Below, piece by piece: positions 1 to 5,739 of a stretch of 5,739 bases of DNA (positions within the stretch are counted from its first letter, which is position 1; every line of letters starts with the position of its first letter). The stretch lies in the IMG/VR virus record IMGVR_UViG_2529293042_000023, positions 1 to 5,739 of that record; one strand, written 5' to 3'. Under the pieces are notes generated by a model. It searched no databases. It saw nothing but the letters and a program-made list of their open reading frames with translations, and was not told the origin of the DNA. The stretch is from a virus. Its lineage: Duplodnaviria > Heunggongvirae > Uroviricota > Caudoviricetes. The position numbers and the translations under genes are program-made.

Positions 1-3000
1 CCACCGCCGGAATAACAATCTGCCGGTCAAACGGCTGATCGTCATAAACCCTGACGGTAATGGTCCCTGATGGCCACCGTTCCGGTGCACGGGAGTCCCG
101 GGGGAAAGCTTTGCCCACTGTTTTAACGAGATCGCCTTCAATCTGGTTCGCGGACAGTTTTCCCAGAACCCGACAGTTCTCGTTAATCGTGACGTTGTTG
201 AGCGTCCCGGAGTTCGCATTCACACTGCCACTGATATCCGCATTTTTAGCGGTCAGCTTTCCGTCTGATGTCAGGGAAAATGCCGGAGGATTGCCGCCAC
301 TGGTAATGGTGGGAGCCGTCAGATATTTCAGGAACACTTCATTCATGAATATCTGATCGCCCTGACCAACAAACATCGGCTTTGTGTTGCCATTCGCAGG
401 ATTAATCATCGCAATCCTGTCTGCTGCCAGCAGCACCTGACTCTGCATGCCGTCAGAGGTGTTCTCAATACCGGCACCGATACCCGCAATATAAAGGCGT
501 CCGTCCTGCATCTGCTGCAGCTTCACTGCCCACATGCTGTTCAGGTTATTATTTGTATCAACCTGAACCTTCTGTATCTGCTGGATCGCTGCACTCTGGT
601 CTTCCAGTTTCTTATTGACGGTCTGTGTTATTTCATTGCTGACATCCGTTATGGACGTCCTGATTTCAGTCAGGTCAGGCGCAAGCTGACCGTTATCAAT
701 CTGCGTCCACAGCTCCTGAGCCAGATGGGTTTTCCCTATCTCGCCTTTGAAAAAATCCAGATAGCCTGATGCATCATCACTCGGCTGACCGACAGCCTCT
801 ACAAATGCCGATTTGCCAACGGTGTTCACACTGCGGATATAAAAGTAATAATCATGGCCCGGTTTGATATTGATACTGGCAGCTATCCAGTACAGCGCCG
901 TGCCAAGATAGCGGGCTGTGGTTTCAACCTGCCTGATATCAGCAATCCGCTTTTCCGAGAACCAGAACTCAAACTGTACCGTCGGATCATAAACCGCAAG
1001 ATGCGGCGTGGCGGTTATCTGAAAATAGCCCGGTGTCAGCTCAATCCGAGACGGCGCTGCCGGTGCGGCAATCCGGAACGATACCGATGCCGGATCGCCC
1101 TGCTGTCCCCACGCATTTACCGCCCGGACTGTCAACCTGTAGTTCCCCGGCGCCAGTTGCGTGAAGCGGTATGTGGTTTCTGTCGTCCTGGCCGTGCTGA
1201 CCAGCCGCTCACTGCCGTCATCCGCTGCCACGGTCAGGCGAAGCAGGAAGCTCACGCCCTTCACCACCTTCGGCGTGTCCCAGCGCGCCAGCACCTGATA
1301 TTCCCCGCTGTCTGCGGTGACTTCGGCGGTCAGGTGCTGCACCGCTGGCGGCGTGACACCATTCACCGTGCCGCTCTGGTCGCCGTCAAAGTGCGCCCCG
1401 TTATCCACGATGGCTTCTTTTTCCGGCACGTGCTGCACCGCCGTGATGGCAAAGGTGCCGTCCGTGTTTTCCCGGATGGAGACACAGCGGAACAGGCGAC
1501 GACGCAGTGACGGCAGGGAGAGTCCCCATACACCGTATGTCTCCACACCATCAGGCAGGGTGCTGACCTGTATCCGGTCCGGCGCGGGGTGTGCAGTGAT
1601 GGCCACGCTCACCGGCTTACCGCTGCCGTTAATCAGGTTCACCGTGGCGGCACCTGTCTCCGGCAGGGTCACCTCACGGTCCAGTGTCAGGGTGCGGCTG
1701 GCGGCATCGATGGACAGGATACGTCCGCCGGTCATGGTCCCGGCATAGTCGTTATCACAGATTTCAATAATGTCACCGGGTGTGTGACGCAGCCCCTGTG
1801 ACCCGAGCGTGAAATCCACCGTCTGCGTTTCCAGCAGTCCGGTCTTTATCACCCACAGCCCGGCACGGTGGGCCTGACCGCGACTGGTGCAGCCGAACGC
1901 ATCCATCTTCAGCAGGTTGCGTCCGTAGCGCAGTATGGCTTCCGGGTCTTCCACCAGTTCCGTGGAGGTCTGCCAGCCGTTCTGCGGGTCGGTGTAATTC
2001 ACCTCCACCGCCGTGTGGCGGTCCTTCAGGGCGCTGAAGCTGTAGCGAAACCCCACGCCGTTATCATCCACCACCACATCACTGCTGGTGTAGGGCCACA
2101 CCACATCTGACGGACGGTCCTGCACGAACGTCAGCGTCTGGCCGTTCCATACCGGCATACAGCGCATCGCCGAGCAGAAATCACTGAGAACGTCCCACGC
2201 CTTACGCTGTTGTGACAGGTACGCATTAAAGGTCATCCGCGGCTCTGTGCCCCCGAAACCATCCGGGACCGTCTGGTCGCAGTACTGCGCAATGGCATAC
2301 AGCGCCCACTTGTCCACATCCGCCGCCCCCAGGCGTTTTCCCATGCCGTAGCGCGGGTGAGTCAGCATGTCCCACAGGCACCAGGCCGGGTTGTTGCTGT
2401 ATGCCGGTTTCAGGCTGCCGTCCCAGATGCCGCTGTACGTGCGTTTTTCCGGGTCATAGTTTGACGGCACCTGGATGATGCGACCGCGGATATGGTAGTT
2501 CACCGTCATCTGCTGACCGCCAAACTGCTCCGCATCCACCTGCAGCCCCACAATCGCCGTGTTCGGGTAGCACTGTTTCACATCGATGATTTCGGTGTAT
2601 GACGACCAGAGCGTCTTATTCTGCAGCTGGTCCGTGGTGCTGTCCGCCGTCTCCCTGACCATCCGGATGTTAAAGGGCCGGGGCGGCAGATTATCCAGAA
2701 TCACCGACGCCAGGAACTGCGAGGTGGTCTTGCCGTTAATGGTGACATCCTTTTCCGTCACCCAGTTACCGTTACGCTGCAACTGAATCAGCAGTCGGAC
2801 AGAAGAGTGATTACGGTCGCCCTTTGAGGTGGTCTCCAACAGTGACTGCACCCCGAAGGTGACCCGCAGGCGGTCAATGTTCGCGGACGTAATGGTGCGC
2901 GTCACCGGCTTTGCCTTCGTCACTTCCACGCCCAGTCCGGTTTCAGCTCCGGAGGACTCAAAGCCTTCCGGTGGTGTCTGCTCCTGCTCCCCGGCACGCC

Positions 3001-3202
3001 AGACCGCGGTCACACCGTGTATCACGGGATTGCCGTCCGTGTCCGTCAGTGGGGTTTTGTTCACCAGAATACTCTGCAGTCCCTTCACCGGACCTTCTAT
3101 CGGTCCCTCACCAATCGCATCAATCACACTCATCATCTGCGTGGATTTGAGATTATCCTTCGCCTCACGAGGCGTGTGTGCCTTACCGCCACCTTTTCCC
3201 AT
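1..3202 (-). CDS. J: Tail tip / host-specificity protein J (central tail fibre), N-terminal ~1067 codons; 5'-partial in window coordinates, as the C-terminal receptor-binding part lies beyond position 1
   Basis: Minus-strand translation from ATG at 3202..3200 gives [27 protein letters not shown], recognisable as the lambda gpJ N-terminus. Spot translations further in give [19 protein letters not shown] (around 2038..1982), [19 protein letters not shown] (around 1018..962), [19 protein letters not shown] (around 538..482) and [19 protein letters not shown] (58..2), all in the same frame and all recognisable J segments. GGGGAAGG lies 4-5 nt upstream of the ATG as a ribosome-binding site. Absent from the ORF track only because no stop codon lies in the window. 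I did not scan all ~1067 codons for internal stops. Confidence 0.93.
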   Translation of the reverse strand, partial: MGKGGGKAHTPREAKDNLKSTQMMSVIDAIGEGPIEGPVKGLQSILVNKTPLTDTDGNPVIHGVTAVWRAGEQEQTPPEGFESSGAETGLGVEVTKAKPVTRTITSANIDRLRVTFGVQSLLETTSKGDRNHSSVRLLIQLQRNGNWVTEKDVTINGKTTSQFLASVILDNLPPRPFNIRMVRETADSTTDQLQNKTLWSSYTEIIDVKQCYPNTAIVGLQVDAEQFGGQQMTVNYHIRGRIIQVPSNYDPEKRTYSGIWDGSLKPAYSNNPAWCLWDMLTHPRYGMGKRLGAADVDKWALYAIAQYCDQTVPDGFGGTEPRMTFNAYLSQQRKAWDVLSDFCSAMRCMPVWNGQTLTFVQDRPSDVVWPYTSSDVVVDDNGVGFRYSFSALKDRHTAVEVNYTDPQNGWQTSTELVEDPEAILRYGRNLLKMDAFGCTSRGQAHRAGLWVIKTGLLETQTVDFTLGSQGLRHTPGDIIEICDNDYAGTMTGGRILSIDAASRTLTLDREVTLPETGAATVNLINGSGKPVSVAITAHPAPDRIQVSTLPDGVETYGVWGLSLPSLRRRLFRCVSIRENTDGTFAITAVQHVPEKEAIVDNGAHFDGDQSGTVNGVTPPAVQHLTAEVTADSGEYQVLARWDTPKVVKGVSFLLRLTVAADDGSERLVSTARTTETTYRFTQLAPGNYRLTVRAVNAWGQQGDPASVSFRIAAPAAPSRIELTPGYFQITATPHLAVYDPTVQFEFWFSEKRIADIRQVETTARYLGTALYWIAASINIKPGHDYYFYIRSVNTVGKSAFVEAVGQPSDDASGYLDFFKGEIGKTHLAQELWTQIDNGQLAPDLTEIRTSITDVSNEITQTVNKKLEDQSAAIQQIQKVQVDTNNNLNSMWAVKLQQMQDGRLYIAGIGAGIENTSDGMQSQVLLAADRIAMINPANGNTKPMFVGQGDQIFMNEVFLKYLTAPTITSGGNPPAFSLTSDGKLTAKNADISGSVNANSGTLNNVTINENCRVLGKLSANQIEGDLVKTVGKAFPRDSRAPERWPSGTITVRVYDDQPFDRQIVIPAV

Positions 3203-3305
3203 ACAGCCTTCCCCTGAATAAATTAACCGCCACTTGCCATTCCGTACAGAAGTCGGATATCCTTCGCCCGAAAAGCATGAAACACATTTCTGCCATGCTA
3301 AAGAG

Positions 3306-3340
3306 AAACCCCGGTATCAGCAGATACCGGGGTTTTCTTT
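3306..3340. terminator. Strong GC-rich hairpin with U-tracts on both strands (bidirectional intrinsic terminator or attenuator) in the J 5' leader
   Basis: Perfect inverted repeat AAACCCCGGTATC (3306..3318) / GATACCGGGGTTT (3323..3335) with 4-nt loop AGCA. On the plus strand the stem is followed by TTTTCTTT; on the minus strand the same stem is followed by TTTCTCTTT. Confidence 0.55.
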
Positions 3341-3399
3341 CATGCCCACCGATAATCCTGTTGGTTAAAACCGGTAATGGCATAAAAATTCTGAATATC

Positions 3400-3435
3400 T
3401 TCACATTTTCACACACTGACTGTGGCGCTTATAAT
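3400..3435 (+). promoter_or_regulatory. Near-consensus sigma70 promoter on the plus strand (antisense orientation relative to the tail genes)
   Basis: -35 TTCACA at 3408..3413 (5/6 match to TTGACA; a second TTCACA copy at 3400..3405), 16-bp spacer, perfect -10 TATAAT at 3430..3435. A/T-rich UP-like tract upstream (GGCATAAAAATTCTGAATATC, about 3379..3399). Predicted transcription start around 3442. Confidence 0.5.
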
Positions 3436-3441
3436 TTCGCT

Positions 3442-3539
3442 GCGTTAGTGTTTTTTTGCCCGAGTAACAAAAACAACTCCTTAACATTGATCTTCATTTG
3501 TCTGTCCCCGCAGCTCCGCGATCACTGCGGGATTTTTTT
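3442..3539 (+). ncRNA. Candidate ~100-nt small RNA encoded in the I-J intergenic spacer (promoter plus intrinsic terminator, no credible ORF); possible target-mimic or sponge sRNA
   Basis: Bounded by the TTCACA-16-TATAAT promoter and the terminator hairpin at 3507..3539. No ATG start codon lies within the predicted transcript on this strand. Contains a C/A-rich stretch GUAACAAAAACAACUCC (3464..3480) upstream of the terminator stem and ends in a U-rich tail typical of Hfq-dependent sRNAs. Boundaries are approximate. Confidence 0.4.
3507..3539 (+). terminator. Rho-independent terminator, plus strand, ending the candidate sRNA just before it would run antisense into gene I
   Basis: Stem CCCGCAG (3507..3513) / CTGCGGG (3525..3531), 11-nt loop, followed by a run of seven T (3533..3539). 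On the minus strand the stem is not followed by a U-tract, so it is unidirectional. Confidence 0.55.
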
Positions 3540-3544
3540 ATGTT

Positions 3545-4225
3545 TTATCCCTGTCGCCCGACAACCACGACCGTTCCGCCCCCGCCTTCATCACGGGTGC
3601 TGATGTCCTGGGATATACGGCGGGAGCCAACCAGCATTTCCCCGTAAGGCACCGGCATCGGGTTCCCCTGGGCAATCATGTTATCCAGCGAGGAAAAGTA
3701 CGTGTTCTGTCTGCCGTTATCCGTTGCGCGGTAATCCGGTGTTTTTGCCTTCGGGGCCAGCATCTGGGCCACACCGCCCAGAATCATGCTGGCTCCAAGT
3801 GAAAACAGCATCGTGGTGGCAGAAAAACCACCGGCTGCCAGGGCTGAACCCCATAACGCCATTGATGCCCCGGCAGTGAAGAAAGAGCCCACGATGGCTG
3901 CCGCCCCCAGCACAATCTGCAGTCCACCCTTTCCGGCCCCGGCCAGTCGCGGCACAATATGGATGACCGTTCCCTCACCCAGCTGTTCGTGAAGACGGGC
4001 GTACACCGCCTCCGGTGCCGTGTCATCACCGGCAATACGTATCTGGTACCAGCCTTCGTTCATCTGACGGCGGAATCCCGGCACCTGTAACGACAGCGCC
4101 CGGATGGCTTCCGCTGCCGTGTTCACATACAGGCTGAGGCGGCGGCCAAATCGTTGTAAATCCCCGTGAAGGCAGATGCGTGCCAGTGGCGGTGACGCCA
4201 GGCTGAATGCGTTCGTCGTTGCCAT
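3545..4225 (-). CDS. I: Tail assembly protein I (lambda gpI family): N-terminal ubiquitin-like domain and C-terminal Gly/Ala-rich hydrophobic region
   Basis: 226-aa ORF in the track (MATTNAFSLASPPLARICLHGDLQRFGRR...TVVVVGRQG), recognisable as the gpI family. Start ATG at 4225..4223 lies inside K in another frame, giving a 103-nt K/I overlap as I recall for lambda. Stop TAA at 3547..3545. Confidence 0.93.
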   Translation of the reverse strand: MATTNAFSLASPPLARICLHGDLQRFGRRLSLYVNTAAEAIRALSLQVPGFRRQMNEGWYQIRIAGDDTAPEAVYARLHEQLGEGTVIHIVPRLAGAGKGGLQIVLGAAAIVGSFFTAGASMALWGSALAAGGFSATTMLFSLGASMILGGVAQMLAPKAKTPDYRATDNGRQNTYFSSLDNMIAQGNPMPVPYGEMLVGSRRISQDISTRDEGGGGTVVVVGRQG

Positions 4226-4866
4226 TTTTCGGAATACCTCTCCCGTTTACTCAGTTGTTCAGGCAGATGGTGAAGCAGCTCACCGTTGCCGCAGTATATG
4301 GCGGCATGATTGGCCACCGATGCGCCAAAGCAGCACAGCAGGATATCGCCAGGCTGTGCGGAAGGCAGGGAAATCCTGTAAAAACCAGTCGCCTCCATAT
4401 TGTCCAGGTACAGGTTCTGACCATTGCGCCACCAGTCATCCTCACGCTCAAAATCCGGCATATCAATTCCCGCCAGATGGTAAGCATCCCGGAACAGCGT
4501 GTAACAGTCCGTCACCCCGTGCTCAAAGCGCCGTCCTGTCAGATGTGGCACACAGCGGAATTTATGAATGTCACCCCGGCAGACCAGCCACCAGGACAGT
4601 GCACTTTTTATCTGCAGCCGCCGGTCGGCCTCGCTCAGCCAGGGCAGACCACCGGGATGACTGTGGACCAGTGCCACAATCTCCCCCTGCATCTCTGCCC
4701 GCAGCCAGTCTTCCGGTGCAATACGAAAATACGCCTCCGGCTCTGCAGAGATATTCACACAAGGGATATACCGCTCCCCCTCCGGCGTTCTCACCACGAA
4801 GCCGCACGACTCCGCAGGCGCACACCGCCGGGCATGCGCCAGAATCGCTGATTCAGTCTGTGTCAT
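4123..4866 (-). CDS. K: Tail assembly protein K (lambda gpK family): N-terminal JAMM/MPN metalloprotease-like domain plus C-terminal NlpC/P60 (C40) peptidase domain
   Basis: Minus-strand ORF from ATG 4866..4864 (MTQTESAILAHARR...) to stop TGA 4125..4123, 247 aa. JAMM motif HSHPGGLPWLSEAD (H-x-H-x7-S-x2-D) at residues 68-81 with a candidate upstream Glu at residue 19. NlpC/P60-like Cys in DCYTLFRDAYHLAG (residue 121) and downstream His residues. The track's 334-aa version (from 5127) is an out-of-frame N-terminal extension running through the 3' end of L and is rejected. Confidence 0.88.
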   Translation of the reverse strand: MTQTESAILAHARRCAPAESCGFVVRTPEGERYIPCVNISAEPEAYFRIAPEDWLRAEMQGEIVALVHSHPGGLPWLSEADRRLQIKSALSWWLVCRGDIHKFRCVPHLTGRRFEHGVTDCYTLFRDAYHLAGIDMPDFEREDDWWRNGQNLYLDNMEATGFYRISLPSAQPGDILLCCFGASVANHAAIYCGNGELLHHLPEQLSKRERYSEKWQRRTHSAWRHRHWHASAFTGIYNDLAAASACM

Positions 4867-4876
4867 AAACCGGGAT

Positions 4877-5575
4877 TTACTGCGAAAGTTTATTAATGGA
4901 AAGGAAACCGCCAAAATTAGCCACCATGCCGCGCATCTCACACCCGCGCATGCACTTGCTGCATCTGTCCTTACGGATATCCGTGGTGGGGTTGTCGAAC
5001 TCATCCGCCACAGCCCCGCCCGTGTAACCACACTCATCAGAGCGGTAGGTCCACATACAGGTATTCGCCAGCATGATGCGACCGGGAAACAGCGCTCCGT
5101 CCGTCTCGGTCGGTGTAGCCAGCACAAACGAGGCCGTCATGGCTGTCAGCTGCGACATCTGCTCCACCACCCAGCGGTCACTCAGCTCCTGCTCCGGGTC
5201 CGCCTCCGGATTGCCCGCAACGAAATTCACCGCATCCAGAAAACGGGCATACACCCGGCGGCGGACCACCGTGGCCCCCACCAGACTCTGCAGGTCCTCC
5301 GCCATCCCGGTGACAAGGCCAAACAGATTGGACACCGTCAGTGACGGGCGGGCACTGCTGCCCTTCCCGTTCATCTCAAAACCGCTGCCGTCAATCGGGT
5401 ATGCCTGATATTGCCGCCCCTGCCAGGTGACCGCCTCCCCTTTTTCATTCAGCTCATTACAGAAAAAATACCGCTCACCACCCTGCACCGTCAGGTCGAT
5501 TTCCCAGAGTACCACCCGCGGTGACTGCTCTGATTTAACCGACTCGTTCAGACTTTCTTCATGAATGTCCTGCAT
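4877..5575 (-). CDS. L: Minor tail protein L (lambda gpL family, tail tip complex; C-terminal cysteine cluster)
   Basis: 232-aa ORF in the track (MQDIHEESLNE...GGFLSINKLSQ), same length and clearly recognisable as lambda gpL. Start ATG 5575..5573 overlaps the M stop codon (ATGA arrangement). Stop TAA at 4879..4877. Confidence 0.95.
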   Translation of the reverse strand: MQDIHEESLNESVKSEQSPRVVLWEIDLTVQGGERYFFCNELNEKGEAVTWQGRQYQAYPIDGSGFEMNGKGSSARPSLTVSNLFGLVTGMAEDLQSLVGATVVRRRVYARFLDAVNFVAGNPEADPEQELSDRWVVEQMSQLTAMTASFVLATPTETDGALFPGRIMLANTCMWTYRSDECGYTGGAVADEFDNPTTDIRKDRCSKCMRGCEMRGMVANFGGFLSINKLSQ

Positions 5576-5739
5576 CAGTTCACCACCTGCTCAATCGTAC
5601 AACTGAAATCACTGTACCGGGCGTTATCCGTGACGCTCCACTCCCGGCACACAACCCTCACCGTCCGGTTATGTTTCGGCGGTCGCCACAAAAAGGCACG
5701 GTAACCACCATGCCAGGATAAAAACTCTTCCAGCCAGCG
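5575..5739 (-). CDS. M: Minor tail protein M (lambda gpM family), C-terminal 54 codons only; start lies beyond the window end
   Basis: Minus-strand translation from 5739 in the frame ending at TGA 5577..5575 gives RWLEEFLSWHGGYRAFLWRPPKHNRTVRVVCREWSVTDNARYSDFSCTIEQVVN*, matching the remembered lambda gpM C-terminus (...LESFLEEHGGWKSFLWTPP...EFEQVVN). Its stop overlaps the L start codon. Confidence 0.85.
   Translation of the reverse strand, partial: RWLEEFLSWHGGYRAFLWRPPKHNRTVRVVCREWSVTDNARYSDFSCTIEQVVN

Noticed and set aside
60-356. Plus-strand 98-aa ORF
   Set aside because: Antisense to J with no recognisable protein features; treated as spurious.
1363-1551. Minus-strand 62-aa ORF
   Set aside because: Lies inside J in a different frame (codon first bases 0 mod 3, versus 1 mod 3 for J); spurious.
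1-3202. Possibility that J is a pseudogene because no long minus-strand ORF appears in the track
   Set aside because: The absence is explained by the ORF having no stop codon inside the window (the same reason M is missing). Frame and homology are consistent at five checkpoints along the gene. A complete stop-codon scan was not done by hand, so a small residual uncertainty remains.
854-3221. Plus-strand ORFs inside the J region (854..1510 218 aa, 1317..1748 143 aa, 1589..1801, 1868..2110, 2586..2786, 2829..3221 130 aa, 2911..3150, 3017..3217)
   Set aside because: They are antisense to a clearly recognisable J reading frame. Their translations are Arg/Pro/Cys-rich and low-complexity, as expected for spurious open frames opposite GC-rich coding DNA, and none matches any protein family I recognise.
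3183-3416. Minus-strand 77-aa ORF across the J start and leader
   Set aside because: Different frame from J; it overlaps the J ribosome-binding site and start and the leader hairpin, with no Shine-Dalgarno sequence; likely spurious.
3178-3603. Plus-strand 141-aa ORF spanning the whole I-J spacer
   Set aside because: It reads straight through two stable terminator hairpins and the promoter, begins inside the J start region and ends antisense inside I, and has no ribosome-binding site; the non-coding interpretation is much more parsimonious.
3784-4825. Minus-strand ORFs 3784..4035, 4251..4487 and 4571..4825
   Set aside because: Alternative frames nested inside I and K with no start context and no recognisable content.
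4176-4868. Plus-strand ORFs of 230 aa and 214 aa (4207..4851), plus 3786..3992 and 5073..5408
   Set aside because: Antisense to K, I and L respectively, with Pro/Arg/Ala-rich translations typical of spurious GC-rich open frames.
4123-5127. 334-aa version of K from the ORF track
   Set aside because: The first 87 codons overlap the 3' end of L out of frame and look like noise (MCWLHRPRRTERCF...). The recognisable K sequence starts at MTQTESAIL (ATG 4866), immediately after the L stop.
1-5739. CRISPR arrays, tRNA or rRNA genes, IS elements or integrase
   Set aside because: No spaced direct repeats, no tRNA-like cloverleaf candidates, no terminal inverted repeats and no transposase-like or integrase-like ORFs were seen; apart from the I-J spacer the window is contiguous tail structural genes.

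Overview
This window is a lambda-like (enterobacterial lambdoid) phage or prophage tail-tip assembly module, encoded entirely on the minus strand in the canonical order M (C-terminal end only), L, K, I, J (first ~1067 codons; the receptor-binding C-terminus lies beyond window position 1). I identified the genes by translating the minus strand and recognising the proteins from memory of phage lambda gpM/gpL/gpK/gpI/gpJ; no database search was run. J and M are missing from the supplied ORF track because each runs off a window edge. The J frame is consistent at five checkpoints (codon first bases at 3202, 2038, 1018, 538 and 58 are all 1 mod 3) and recognisable J sequence is present at each, so J is not evidently disrupted. 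The one non-canonical region is the I-J intergenic spacer (3203..3544, 342 bp, AT-rich), which I recall as only about 60 bp in lambda. It carries a plus-strand, near-consensus sigma70 promoter (TTCACA, 16 bp spacer, TATAAT) followed about 100 nt later by a plus-strand intrinsic terminator, so it looks like a small non-coding RNA gene antisense in orientation to the tail operon. It also carries a strong, bidirectional-looking GC hairpin in the J leader. The putative sRNA has an exposed C/A-rich stretch, which would fit a target-mimic or sponge RNA of the kind described in EHEC prophages; this is a hypothesis only. Almost all plus-strand ORFs in the track are antisense artefacts of GC-rich tail genes.
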